DNA of 32,000 bases from Wolbachia endosymbiont of Drosophila innubila (GCF_021378375.1 NZ_CP076228.1:720001-752000); one strand, 5' to 3'; shown: positions 1 to 10,110, counted from the stretch's first letter. The notes: generated from the letters alone by a model not told the origin. Program-made: numbers and translations.

Positions 1-1233
1 TCCAAAGCACTACTTCATTCTTCCTATCAGTATGCTCACACGAAAAATGATCTGTCGAAGCTTGGCATAAAAATTAAGGATGCAAGTTTCGATTTAAAAG
101 AAATGCTAGGCTATAAGGACGCCAGAGTTCAGGAACTTGGAAAAGGTATAGAATATCTGTTTAACCTTCACAAAATCACTAAAATCAATGGGCTTGCTTC
201 TTTTGACCAAGGTAATCTTGAAGTTTCAGTTGAAGGTAAGGTGCTGAAGACAAAAAATATAGTAATTGCAACCGGTTCTGACGTTATTTCTTTGCCAGGA
301 ATTAATATCGATGAGAAAAGTATTATTTCATCAACTGGTGCATTATCTTTAACTGAAGTACCAAAAAAACTTGTCGTAATCGGAGCCGGGGCAATAGGGC
401 TTGAAATGTCTTCTGTATGGAGGAGGCTAGGGTCTGAAGTCACTGTAGTAGAATTTTTTGACAGAATCGCTGCAGCAATGGATGGAGAATTAAGTAAGTC
501 TCTACTTTCTAGTCTACAAAAACAAGGAATAAAATTTTTACTTAGCACTAAAGTTGAGGAGATAAAACAAAGTAGTAATTCTTTGAGTGTGAAAGTTTGC
601 TCTGTAAAAGATAATCAAACAAACACTATAGAGGCGGATAAGGTATTGGTGGCAGCAGGACGCAAACCATGCACTGAGAATCTTGGTATTGATGAAAAAA
701 TAGAAAAAGATAATCGCGGTTTCGTTCAAGTTAACAACAGATATGAAACTAATGTGAAAGGAATATTTGCTATTGGTGATGTGATCGGTGGAGCAATGCT
801 TGCTCATAAAGCAGAGGAAGAAGGAGTGGCAGTTGCAGAGATAATAGCAGGACAGTCACCTCACGTTGATTATGGAATCATACCATCTGTCATTTACACT
901 CACCCTGCGGTTTCTTCGATTGGTAAAACCGAAGAGGAACTCAAAAATGCTGGCCGTAAGTACAAAGTTGGTAAATGTCAATTTGCTGCAAACGGCAGAG
1001 CAAAAATCACTGATGATGCTGAAGGATTCGTGAAAGTGCTGACTTGTAGCAGAGCAGATACAATACTAGGTGTGCATATCATAGGAGCATACGCTGATAC
1101 GCTAATCAACGAAGCAGCAGTTGCAATGGCATATAGCGCAGCAGCAGAGGATATATACAGAATTTGTCACTCTCATCCTGATATAAATGAAGCCTTTCGA
1201 GATGCGTGCATCGATGCTTTCTTTAAAAAATAA
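1..1233 (+). CDS. lpd: Dihydrolipoyl dehydrogenase (E3), 5'-truncated by window edge
   Basis: The frame is open from base 1 (SKALLHSSYQYAHTKNDLSKLGIKIKD...) into the 376-aa ORF. NAD-binding motif VVIGAGAIGLEMSSVWRRLGSEVTVVE and C-terminal dimerisation region CHSHPDINEAFRDA are present. Confidence 0.95.
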   Translation, partial: SKALLHSSYQYAHTKNDLSKLGIKIKDASFDLKEMLGYKDARVQELGKGIEYLFNLHKITKINGLASFDQGNLEVSVEGKVLKTKNIVIATGSDVISLPGINIDEKSIISSTGALSLTEVPKKLVVIGAGAIGLEMSSVWRRLGSEVTVVEFFDRIAAAMDGELSKSLLSSLQKQGIKFLLSTKVEEIKQSSNSLSVKVCSVKDNQTNTIEADKVLVAAGRKPCTENLGIDEKIEKDNRGFVQVNNRYETNVKGIFAIGDVIGGAMLAHKAEEEGVAVAEIIAGQSPHVDYGIIPSVIYTHPAVSSIGKTEEELKNAGRKYKVGKCQFAANGRAKITDDAEGFVKVLTCSRADTILGVHIIGAYADTLINEAAVAMAYSAAAEDIYRICHSHPDINEAFRDACIDAFFKK

Positions 1234-1235
1234 TT

Positions 1236-2165
1236 GTGGACCTCGGTTCAATCATTGAAAAATGGTATGAGTGGCTGAGGTGCAACAGATCTTATTCACC
1301 AAACACTTTAGAGTCATACATGAGGGACTTGAAGGATCTTATAAGTTTCCTAAATACTCACATTGGTGGAGAAGTAAATGTCGGCACTTTGGAAAAATTG
1401 AGCGTACCTGAGTTAAGAAGTTGGCTTACCTCTCGTTACGCAAGAGGTGTAAACGCAAGATCCAACACTCGAGCACTCTCAGTAATCAGAAATTTCTTCA
1501 AGTACATAAAAAATAACCACAATATAGACAATGAAGCTGTATTTTCCTTATCAAGGCCAATTCAGAGAAGAACTTTGCCCAAAGCATTATCAATACCTGA
1601 TATAAAAACTTTATTGAAAGAAATGAAACTATCCGATCTGGGCGAATCTTGGGTGGTAAAAAGAGAAATTGCGATTATCGTCCTGCTATATAGTACAGGC
1701 TTAAGAATCAGCGAAGCGTTGAACCTTAGGGTTAGTGATATTAGCAATGAAAGTTTAATAGTAACAGGTAAGGGAGATAAACAAAGGCAGGTATTCATTC
1801 TTCCGGTAGTAAAAAAGTGTATACAAGAATATGTAAAAGCCTGTCCTTATCTTGGCACTAATAATGAAACACAATATCTTTTTTTGGGAGTAAGAGGAAA
1901 AAAATTGGGAAGAACTTATGTGGCCAATCGTTTGCAAAAAATAAGGAGAATGTTAAATTTACCAGAAATTTTATCTCCACATGCATTTCGCCATAGTTTT
2001 GCTACTCATTTGCTTCAGGAAGATATTGACATAAGATCAATACAACAACTGCTTGGTCACTCAAGCCTGGAAACTACTCAAATTTACACTCACCTCAATT
2101 ATCAAGATGTTTTTAACATGTACAAAAATTTTCAGCAGGGCCTGGAGAAGAAATCAAAACTTTAA
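1236..2165 (+). CDS. xerC: Tyrosine site-specific recombinase XerC/XerD
   Basis: GTG start at 1236. Catalytic motifs GLRISEALNL, HAFRHSFATHLLQEDIDIRSIQQLLGHSSLETTQIYTHLN. The XerC versus XerD assignment is less certain than the family. Confidence 0.85.
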   Translation: MDLGSIIEKWYEWLRCNRSYSPNTLESYMRDLKDLISFLNTHIGGEVNVGTLEKLSVPELRSWLTSRYARGVNARSNTRALSVIRNFFKYIKNNHNIDNEAVFSLSRPIQRRTLPKALSIPDIKTLLKEMKLSDLGESWVVKREIAIIVLLYSTGLRISEALNLRVSDISNESLIVTGKGDKQRQVFILPVVKKCIQEYVKACPYLGTNNETQYLFLGVRGKKLGRTYVANRLQKIRRMLNLPEILSPHAFRHSFATHLLQEDIDIRSIQQLLGHSSLETTQIYTHLNYQDVFNMYKNFQQGLEKKSKL

Positions 2166-2286
2166 CTTCGTTCTAAACCACCAAGCTGAGTGCTTTCAAC
2201 ATCACTAAGTATTGTGTTTGCTTTATATAAACTACAACATCCTAATAAAAAAAAAGCCAGTGCAACTGCTGTAAAGAAAGCACTTA
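2162..2286 (-). pseudogene. Detached 3' end of the ankyrin-repeat gene, separated by IS insertion
   Basis: The minus strand reads ...SAFFTAVALAFFLLGCCSLYKANTILSDVESTQLGGLERS*. This is a typical second hydrophobic segment and tail, in frame with 3198-4710 after removing the IS and one TTA. Confidence 0.8.
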
Positions 2287-2310
2287 GAGGTTGTCCGGAA
2301 ACTAGTAAAT

Positions 2311-2622
2311 TCAAGCATATTCCCTCTTTAACATAACCCTACTCATAGCTAGGTATATGAAATTCTCAGTGGATGTTGTGAGTAAATCATACTCCTTCGA
2401 TAGCCTTCTATTCCTATTAACCCAAGCAAAAGTCCTTTCTACAACCCATCTTCTTGGCTGTACTTTAAACCCTTGTTCTCTTGTTGGTAGTAGCTCAGGT
2501 GGCGTATCTTTGTGCACCCAAAATCTACATGGAGGCCTTTTAACAATTTCAATATCTATGTCATATTCTTCCTTTATGTGATTCTTTAAATTTCTTCCTT
2601 GGTATCCCATGTCAGCCCACAT
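2311..2622 (-). CDS. IS5-family transposase ORF B (C-terminal part)
   Basis: MWADMGYQGRNL...GFKVQPRRWVVERTFAWVNRNRRLSKEYD, a typical DDE C-terminal half. Confidence 0.85.
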   Translation of the reverse strand: MWADMGYQGRNLKNHIKEEYDIDIEIVKRPPCRFWVHKDTPPELLPTREQGFKVQPRRWVVERTFAWVNRNRRLSKEYDLLTTSTENFIYLAMSRVMLKREYA

Positions 2623-2775
2623 TTTTAACTTTAGTATATTTTGTTCTCATATTGTTTAATGCTATTTTAATACCATCTCTATCATTTTCGTTAGCAGCGC
2701 CTACGTAACAACCTAGTATAAAACCCTGAGTGTCTGTAATTATATGCCTTTTTTACCCTTTACTTTTTACTTCCA

Positions 2776-3138
2776 TCATAGCTTTGATCCCCCCTTTTCT
2801 GTAGTCTTTACAGATTGACTATCTACTATACAGGCACTCGGCTGCTCATTCTTTCCTATTTTTCTTCTACTATATTTTGTAATTTCATAATTCATTTTCT
2901 CAAAAATTCCCTGCTTCTTCCATTGCCTGAACTGCTCATACACAGTCTTCCATAGCGGAAAATCATTTGGTAAATACCGCCATTGACACCCTGTACGCAA
3001 TACATAGAAAATTGCTTCTAATATTTCTTTTTTGCTATACTTTGGCAGCCTTCCTCCTTTCTTGTATGATACTCTGAAGTGTTTTTCTATTCTTGCCCAT
3101 TCCCTTTCGCTTAGATCTGTTGGATACTTTTTTCTCAT
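2776..3138 (-). CDS. IS5-family transposase ORF A (N-terminal part)
   Basis: MRKKYPTDLSEREWARIEKHF...GCQWRYLPNDFPLWKTVYEQFRQWKKQG...SACIVDSQSVKTTEKGG, with the first catalytic D in IVDSQSVK. Confidence 0.9.
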   Translation of the reverse strand: MRKKYPTDLSEREWARIEKHFRVSYKKGGRLPKYSKKEILEAIFYVLRTGCQWRYLPNDFPLWKTVYEQFRQWKKQGIFEKMNYEITKYSRRKIGKNEQPSACIVDSQSVKTTEKGGSKL

Positions 3139-3165
3139 CTTTACCCCGTACTAAAATTTCAGATA

Positions 3166-4710
3166 TTATAGCCTTTTACTTGTTTCCGGACAACCTCTTA
3201 TTATCCCTGGATAATCTTCTATTACTAAACATGCAACAACAGTATATACTCCAAGCAATATAAAACATGCAGAAGCGTAGTTGCTCAGTTTTCTACCAGA
3301 AGAAATTGCTTGCGAGGATTTTTCGTTTTTATTACTACGGAGCAGTCTATTTTCTGATGAAAGCCTATCTCTTTCTTCCCTTACTTGTTTCAAATCTCTT
3401 TTTAATCGTGAAATTTCGACAGTGTCGCTTGCTCTTCCATACACAATTCTATTAAGTCGAGTTACTTCACTATTTAGATCATTGATTTTTGTTTTTTGAG
3501 CCGATTTTTCCTGCCTTAAATCTTCTTCTAACTGTGAAATTTTGTTAATGCCTCTCGTTCTTTCGCGTACGACCCTATCCAGCTCTCGTTCTTTTTCTAT
3601 GAGTTGAGCTTTCGTTCTTTCAAGTTCACCTTTAAGTTCTTGTATAACTTGCTCAGAACCTACCGGTATATCATTCGTACTTGCCAAAGGTTGTAATGTA
3701 TTTGCAGGAAATTTTTCATTTAGATAATTTGTAATAGATTCGATTGGATTATTAACACCCCTCAATGCAGCAGTAACAATTGCATGACTCATGAAGCAAT
3801 TATCTTCTACTAATTTTTTTACATCATCTAAATCTTTTTTATTAATAGTAGCGGTTAATCGCTCTGTAATGGCTTGTTCAATTATTTGCTTCACCCACGA
3901 ATTTTGCTCTATAGCTTGTATTGGCTTTATTTGACTAAAATCTAGCTCTTCATGTTTTAAAAGTTTTGTCAATACTTCTTTGTTATCTGATGTTATTCCT
4001 TGTAAACATGATTGAATAATTAAGCTAAGCGGCGTTTCTATTTCTTCATTTTGGCTTCTTTTCCAGCAATTAGGGTTAAACTCTTGATTTAATGGTCTTT
4101 TCGCTTGGTAAATGTTTCTGCTAGAAAGAGCACCTAACAACTCGTTTGCTTTTTGTGCTTTTTTAAATTCTAATTTTATTACGCGCTCAAATCCTCTTGT
4201 AATACAATCTTTAGAGCTTTTATATTCATAATTTTTGATATCAGTTTTTATATCTGGGTGCGTGAGCAATATTTTTACCACATCTTTAGCCCCAATTTGA
4301 CAAGCAATATGTAAAGCTGTGTCTTTGCGTATATTAGATGTTGTTATAAATCCTGATATTTGAATTTGTGTACTAAGATCATATCTCGTCCGTGTTGTAG
4401 ACACAGATTGCTTACTCTGAGCATTAATATTGATACTTCTGTTTTGTATAAGCAATTTAGCCATTTTCTCTAACGTAGCCTGTCCATTACCGCTGACAGC
4501 GCAGACATTGACAATAGACATCAAAGGTGTCATGCCCTCCTTATCAAACGCATTAACATCCGCACCTTCTTTCAGAGCTTGTTTAAAAGCTTCCGGGTTT
4601 TCGTTATCAATAGCCTTAAATAACTTTTGTGTTGGTTCATCGAGCTGTCTTGAAGTTGTCTGATTATATCTATAACCATTAGTATTTATCCCATCCCCTC
4701 TATAAAGCAT
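3166..4710 (-). CDS. Ankyrin-repeat protein with coiled coil and C-terminal TM segment, 3'-truncated by IS copy 1
   Basis: Ankyrin units such as KDTALHIACQIGAKDVVKILLTHPDI and GMTPLMSIVNV, then a long coiled coil (LKGELERTKAQLIEKERELDRV...) and TM ASACFILLGVYTVVACLVI. The terminal RGCPETSKRL is encoded by the IS end. Confidence 0.85.
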   Translation of the reverse strand: MLYRGDGINTNGYRYNQTTSRQLDEPTQKLFKAIDNENPEAFKQALKEGADVNAFDKEGMTPLMSIVNVCAVSGNGQATLEKMAKLLIQNRSININAQSKQSVSTTRTRYDLSTQIQISGFITTSNIRKDTALHIACQIGAKDVVKILLTHPDIKTDIKNYEYKSSKDCITRGFERVIKLEFKKAQKANELLGALSSRNIYQAKRPLNQEFNPNCWKRSQNEEIETPLSLIIQSCLQGITSDNKEVLTKLLKHEELDFSQIKPIQAIEQNSWVKQIIEQAITERLTATINKKDLDDVKKLVEDNCFMSHAIVTAALRGVNNPIESITNYLNEKFPANTLQPLASTNDIPVGSEQVIQELKGELERTKAQLIEKERELDRVVRERTRGINKISQLEEDLRQEKSAQKTKINDLNSEVTRLNRIVYGRASDTVEISRLKRDLKQVREERDRLSSENRLLRSNKNEKSSQAISSGRKLSNYASACFILLGVYTVVACLVIEDYPGIIRGCPETSKRL

Positions 4711-4801
4711 ATTAAACCTACCTAATAATTTACTAATATAATTATGAAAAAGAAAAGGAAAAGGAAAATTGCAAGCGATTTATTCAAAATCCTAGAATTA
4801 A

Positions 4802-5749
4802 CTACGACTCTAAAAACTTTTCTGCATCAAGCGCAGCCATGCATCCTGTTCCTGCTGCAACTACTGCCTGACGATATACCTTATCTTGAACATCACCTGC
4901 AGCAAACACTCCTGCCCTACTAGTTAAAGTTGTTCCAGGTTTTGTAATGATGTAACCCTGCTCATCCATTTCAACAAAGCCTTTAAAAATACCCGTATTT
5001 GGTGCATGCCCGATTGCAATGAACACTCCATCCACTTTTAATTCTTGGGTTTTATCGATCTCTGCTGATTGAATCGCAATACCAGCAACCCTTTTTGGAT
5101 TTTCTTCTCCAAGAATCTGCTCTACGGTATGGTTCCACATTACTTTTATTTTATCATTTTTAAAGAGCCTATCTTGCATTACTTTTTCCGCTCTTAATTT
5201 ATCACGCCTGTGTATTAATATCACTTCTTTGGCAAATCGAGTTAAAAATATTGCTTCTTCAACAGCAGTGTTTCCACCACCAATCACAGCTACAACTTTA
5301 TTCCTAAAAAATGCACCATCGCAAGTCGCACAAGCTGAAACCCCATAACCCTGAAATTTCTTTTCACTTTCTAAACCAAGCCACTTCGCTTGCGCACCAG
5401 ATGCAATGATAATTGCATCTGAATAGTAGTCATTGATATTACCAGAAGATCTAAATCTATACTCATTAAAGTCCTCAAGTTGTTCAACGCTTTTTATCTC
5501 ATCATCTATTATTTTTGCTCCAACCTTTTCTGCATGAAACCTCATTTGCTCCATTAGTTCTGGACCCTGTATTGAAACAAAACCAGGATAGTTTTCAACA
5601 TCTGTAGTAATTGTAAGCTGACCACCAGGCTGCATTCCCGTTACTACAATTGGCTCTAAGTTTGCACGTGCTGCATATATAGCGGCAGCATAACCCGCTG
5701 CCCCAGATCCAATAATAAGAACTTTTGTACTAAATTTATAATTCTTCAC
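4802..5749 (-). CDS. trxB: Thioredoxin reductase
   Basis: FAD motif LIIGSGAAGYAAAIYAARANLEPIVVTG, redox motif CATCDGAFF, NADP motif VAVIGGGNTAVEEA. Confidence 0.96.
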   Translation of the reverse strand: MKNYKFSTKVLIIGSGAAGYAAAIYAARANLEPIVVTGMQPGGQLTITTDVENYPGFVSIQGPELMEQMRFHAEKVGAKIIDDEIKSVEQLEDFNEYRFRSSGNINDYYSDAIIIASGAQAKWLGLESEKKFQGYGVSACATCDGAFFRNKVVAVIGGGNTAVEEAIFLTRFAKEVILIHRRDKLRAEKVMQDRLFKNDKIKVMWNHTVEQILGEENPKRVAGIAIQSAEIDKTQELKVDGVFIAIGHAPNTGIFKGFVEMDEQGYIITKPGTTLTSRAGVFAAGDVQDKVYRQAVVAAGTGCMAALDAEKFLES

Positions 5750-6335
5750 TGTATGAGTTTAGATAATCAGCTACTCCTTCATCGCTTGCCTGCATTGCTG
5801 GCTTACCTTTCTTCCACCCTGCTGGACATACTTCACCATGCTCCTCATTATGTTTAATTGCATCAACGATTCTAACGAATTCATCGATATTACGCCCTAA
5901 AGGCAAATCATTTATCGATTGATGACGTACAATAAATTTATCATCAATAACGAAAGTTGCTCTCAGCGCAATTGAGTCATCATATAAGACCCCATAGTCT
6001 CTTGATATAGACTTTTTGATATCAGACACTAAAGTGTAGCTAATCTCTCCAATACCACCATCATTAACTGGAGTGTTTCGCCATTTATAATGTGAAAATT
6101 TTGAATCTACACTTATTCCTATCACTTCAACACCACGCTTTGCAAACTCATTTATTCTATTATTGAGCGATATCAATTCAGTTGGGCAAACAAAAGTAAA
6201 ATCAAGTGGATAGAAAAAAAGGACAGCATACTTATTTTTTATGCGCTTACTCAGACAGAAATCATCAACAATTTCTCCGTCAGAGAGAACAGATGAAGCA
6301 GTAAAATCGATAGCAGATTTTGTTACAAGATTCAT
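5736..6335 (-). CDS. 2-Cys peroxiredoxin (AhpC/TSA family)
   Basis: FFYPLDFTFVCPTELISL peroxidatic Cys motif and EVCPAGWKKGK resolving Cys motif. Overlaps the trxB 5' end by 14 nt on the same strand. Confidence 0.95.
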   Translation of the reverse strand: MNLVTKSAIDFTASSVLSDGEIVDDFCLSKRIKNKYAVLFFYPLDFTFVCPTELISLNNRINEFAKRGVEVIGISVDSKFSHYKWRNTPVNDGGIGEISYTLVSDIKKSISRDYGVLYDDSIALRATFVIDDKFIVRHQSINDLPLGRNIDEFVRIVDAIKHNEEHGEVCPAGWKKGKPAMQASDEGVADYLNSYSEEL

Positions 6336-6500
6336 AATTAACCTATTCTTTTAAAATAACTTTAATTTTACATCTTGATAAACTTATATGCAAGTTTTCT
6401 TTGGTTTTAGTCCTATAAAAACTTCCTAAAATAGCTCTTCTTTTTTACCGATAAGATACAATCCAGGTTGGAATACTGAGTTGGTGAGTATAAAATTCTA

Positions 6501-7162
6501 CGTCATGCCACCGCGAACCGTCATACCGCCACGGTATCTCAGCCGCTCACAAGTAGCGGGATGACGAGCTTATCGTCATGCCACCGCGAACCGTCATACC
6601 GCCACGAACCGTCATACCGCGATTCATTCGCGGTATCTCTAGATCCCGCTAACAAGTAGCGGGATGACGGTTGTCGTTTAGCTATAAATGTTAAAAAATT
6701 TGCCAAACGAAAAAAAAGGCAAAAGAAGCCCCGTGGTTGGCTAATTACTTACATTATACTTTCAAGTATGGCGTTTTTTTATTCTAAACGTTTAATAACC
6801 GCGATTCAGTTGCTTTTAAGCCGCAACTAATCTAAATTATAAACATTAAGAAATTTACTAAACAGAAAAAAAGGCAAAAGAAACCCTAGGGTAGCTAGTT
6901 ATTCACTATCCATTTTTTAAGTTGGCGTTTTTTTATGTTTTAAATGCTTTATAAGCGCATTTTAGCTTATATTAGGTAAAAACCTAGAAGCTTTATAAAG
7001 ACATAAGGTGCACATAGTGCAAAAAATTAAACATGAGACGCCAGATACGTGAGTTTTTTTGTCATTTAATCTGTACAGAGAAGATAAATAAATAGCTTCA
7101 GTTTTATGATAAGGGAGTTGGCGGAGTTTGTCAAGTAAGTTTTTCGCTTCTGCGGGCTACTT
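6501..7162. repeat. Composite dispersed intergenic repeat, copy A (GC-rich palindromes plus a ~470 bp non-coding element with an internal tandem duplication)
   Basis: Near-identical order of motifs to 27811-28451. Palindromes ataccgcgattcattcgcggtat (6614-6636) and cccgctaacaagtagcggg (6645-6663). Internal units around 6686 and 6841. Confidence 0.8.
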
Positions 7163-7283
7163 GAATAACGGCTACAATGTTCATACAGCTATGTACATAG
7201 CTGGAATCCAAAAAAAGAACCAAGTAGCCAAGCTACTTGGATGACAGAAGGTAATATAAGAAGTCTATTGGCTCTCGTATACC

Positions 7284-8153
7284 TTAGTGAAACTTAACAA
7301 GTTTATCTATAGTTTTAGTGATGATTCTTGGAGTATCCGGAGAAACTGCTGAGCTCAGCCTATTTAGTCGCTCTATAGCAAACTCGCTGTTCTCATTTGT
7401 TATGAAATCACATAAAATATTTTCTATATCCTTAGTAACACTTTCATGCTTCCTCAGAGGATGATTATGTGGATACCTATTGATGGTTCTGATGCTAGAA
7501 TACTCAACAAAAGCTTGATCCTTAAAAGCAAGTTGTCTCAATTTCTCTTTGAATTTTCCTTCTTCCTCTTTTGCTAAAAGGCGAGACTTTATCAGTGATT
7601 TTATAATCAAATTTATAGCTTGATGCATTTCAGAATGCACTATAACTTTAATGGTATTTTCTTCTACTATACAATCATAAATACTTTTTTCGCTCTTTAG
7701 TGACTCTATAAGCGTTCTGCTATTTTGTGAATTCAATTCCAAATTCTCTTCACTCATAGGAGTTATTATGAAGGTGTTCTTACTCACTCTGATGTTAAAT
7801 TGTGGAGAGCCTTCAGAAAAGGAAGCTACATCCTTAAATTCAAGTGCATGATTGTATGCAGCAAAAAGGGTGTGTGCTATAACACTACTGGGCACCTTCA
7901 TTCCATGTTTACTCAGGTGGTTCAATACATTTTCAACCTCATGATATGTAAAGTCTGTATCTTTTAGCAATTCAACAGCTTCTATGCCGTTGTGTTGTTT
8001 ATACTCTATTCTCACTTCTTCTGTAAAAAGTGTTTTAGCTGCTATATGTTTATCAAGCACTGTGAAAATCTTGATGAAATTCTCTAAATCTTGTTTGTTA
8101 ACTAATTCGATACTAATTAAGTTTCTGCTAATAATTGAAATATTTTTTGTCAT
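7284..8153 (-). CDS. Conserved-looking hypothetical protein (289 aa)
   Basis: Long ORF with no family motif recognised. Confidence 0.65.
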   Translation of the reverse strand: MTKNISIISRNLISIELVNKQDLENFIKIFTVLDKHIAAKTLFTEEVRIEYKQHNGIEAVELLKDTDFTYHEVENVLNHLSKHGMKVPSSVIAHTLFAAYNHALEFKDVASFSEGSPQFNIRVSKNTFIITPMSEENLELNSQNSRTLIESLKSEKSIYDCIVEENTIKVIVHSEMHQAINLIIKSLIKSRLLAKEEEGKFKEKLRQLAFKDQAFVEYSSIRTINRYPHNHPLRKHESVTKDIENILCDFITNENSEFAIERLNRLSSAVSPDTPRIITKTIDKLVKFH

Positions 8154-8268
8154 TTTTTCCCACTAAAAAAACTCACTGAATGAATTGTATTTTTAATTCA
8201 TTAAGAATTGTTTAAAGTGAGCATACTAGTTTTCATTTACGTATTACACGACAAAACAAGATAAAAAG

Positions 8269-8607
8269 TTACATAAAATCATCATGTGGTATAACACACT
8301 CTCCACATTCATCATTGCTGTTTGTGTAGGTTGTGACATCAGTGTGATTGTCATTATTATTTAGCATATCATCCAACTTTCCTTCTTTTTCAAGATCCAT
8401 CAATTTGTCACACCCCCCCATGTGCTTATCGTTGATAAAAATCTGTGGAACTGTTCTAACGTTATACTTTGATTTTATGTCGTTAAATAGATCTGAGTTT
8501 TTGAGCACATCAATTTCTTCATACTTCACACCTTTTTTATCTAGTAAATCCTTTGCCCTTATGCAGTATGGACAGCCCTTCTTTACATATATCACAACAT
8601 TTTTCAC
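8269..8607 (-). CDS. grxC: Glutaredoxin (CPYC dithiol type, GrxC-like) with an extra C-terminal CxxC tail
   Basis: VVIYVKKGCPYCIRAKDLLDKKGVKYEEIDV...VRTVPQIFINDKHMGGCDKL, then tail NDECGECVIPHDDFM. Confidence 0.9.
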   Translation of the reverse strand: MKNVVIYVKKGCPYCIRAKDLLDKKGVKYEEIDVLKNSDLFNDIKSKYNVRTVPQIFINDKHMGGCDKLMDLEKEGKLDDMLNNNDNHTDVTTYTNSNDECGECVIPHDDFM

Positions 8608-8675
8608 AATTTATCTCCGTAGCTTACTAAAATATAGTTATTATATATAAGAAACATGTAAAAACATCAAATTGT

Positions 8676-9608
8676 ATGAAAATTATTTATAATTGTGAGC
8701 AAGGAATAGAAAATAATATAGCACTAACCTTCGGAAATTTCGATGGCATTCATTTAGGACACGAGTTTGCAATTTCTACTCTAAAGAAGGTAGCACAAGA
8801 AAGAGGATTACCCTCTGCAGTTTTAACTTTTGAGCCTCACCCATCAACTGTTTTATTTGGTAGAAACAATTTTAGGTTAATAGACCAAGAACAAAAAAAG
8901 GAACTAATCAGCAGCTATGGTATAGATTACTTATATATTATTAATTTTAATAGAGGTTTTTCTGAGGTTAGCTGCGATGACTTTATCAGTGAGATTTTAA
9001 TAGATAAATATGGCGCTAAACACATAATTGTCGGAGAAAATTGCACTTTTGGTCATAAACGATTGGGTAATATATTAACTCTAGAGAAATATTCTGAAAT
9101 ATATGGATACTCTTTGACTAAATCAGAGCCATTAACAATTGACGGCAAAATTTGCTCTTCTTCTTCAATAAGGGAGTATGTACAAAGGGGCGAAATAGAA
9201 ATTGCTAATAAATTGCTCGGCAGGCCTTATCAAGTTTCTGGTGTTGTGACAAAAGGTGCATGTAGAGGTAGAGAAATAGGATTTCCAACCATAAATATTC
9301 CTATAGAAGATTGCATGATAAAACCTAAGTTTGGCACATATTACGCTAGAGTGACTTTTCCTGATAGTAATCCAAATTGGTTATATGGAGTAGTCAATAT
9401 TGGTATGAGACCTACTTTTAAGGATCTGAAAAAGCCTATAATAGAAATGCACATATTCGATTTTGATGAAGACGTATATAGTCATAAAGTCAATATACAA
9501 CTTTTAAAATTCATAAGGTCAGAAAAAAAATTCCATAGTATTGAGGAGTTAACAAAACAGATAAATTATGATATACTTAAAGTTTATAGGTTAAAGGCAA
9601 ATTTATGA
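8676..9608 (+). CDS. ribF: Bifunctional riboflavin kinase / FAD synthetase
   Basis: LTFGNFDGIHLGHEFAI nucleotidyltransferase motif; GVVTKGACRGREIGFPTINI flavokinase motif; YGVVNIGMRPTF. Confidence 0.95.
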   Translation: MKIIYNCEQGIENNIALTFGNFDGIHLGHEFAISTLKKVAQERGLPSAVLTFEPHPSTVLFGRNNFRLIDQEQKKELISSYGIDYLYIINFNRGFSEVSCDDFISEILIDKYGAKHIIVGENCTFGHKRLGNILTLEKYSEIYGYSLTKSEPLTIDGKICSSSSIREYVQRGEIEIANKLLGRPYQVSGVVTKGACRGREIGFPTINIPIEDCMIKPKFGTYYARVTFPDSNPNWLYGVVNIGMRPTFKDLKKPIIEMHIFDFDEDVYSHKVNIQLLKFIRSEKKFHSIEELTKQINYDILKVYRLKANL

Positions 9609-10081
9609 AAAAGTTATGCTTAGTTGTTATATTAATTATAGTATTGATTGACCAAACGAGCAAATTGTACATAAACTCATTGATTGATGAAGGAGAATCA
9701 ATTGAGATCGCTAGTTTTATAAAACTAGTTGAAGTTTGGAATTCAGGTATTAGTTTTGGAATGTGTAGCGCTTTACCACATGGCGGTTTCTTTTTTTCAG
9801 CATTTTCAATACTAATAATTGGTATACTTGCATATTTGATATACAAGTCTGACGATCAGTCAACTTACCTTGGTTTTTCTCTGATGATTGGTGGAGCAAT
9901 CGGAAACGTAGTTGATAGGATCTATTGGGGAGCTGTATATGATTTCATATATTTTCATATTGATGATTGGTATTGGCCAGCCTTTAATTTAGCAGATTTA
10001 TCTATAGTTTGTGGAATGTTTACATTGTTATATAAGTGGTATATATACGATATGCTTATTTCTAAACAAAATGAGGAATAA
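9605..10081 (+). CDS. lspA: Lipoprotein signal peptidase II
   Basis: DQTSKLYI, GGAIGNVVDRIYWGAVYDFI, FNLADLSI motifs. ATGA overlap with ribF. Confidence 0.95.
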   Translation: MKKLCLVVILIIVLIDQTSKLYINSLIDEGESIEIASFIKLVEVWNSGISFGMCSALPHGGFFFSAFSILIIGILAYLIYKSDDQSTYLGFSLMIGGAIGNVVDRIYWGAVYDFIYFHIDDWYWPAFNLADLSIVCGMFTLLYKWYIYDMLISKQNEE

Positions 10082-10110
10082 AATAATTGTTTTTATATTA
10101 GGTCGAAATA

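Larger units (their letters stand above)
2287..3197 (-). mobile_element. IS5-family insertion sequence (ISWpi1-like), copy 1
   Basis: Terminal inverted repeats gaggttgtccggaaac(t/a)agtaaa at both ends, flanked by TTA (2284-2286) and TTA (3198-3200). Split transposase ORFs 3138-2776 and 2622-2311 on the minus strand. Confidence 0.9.
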
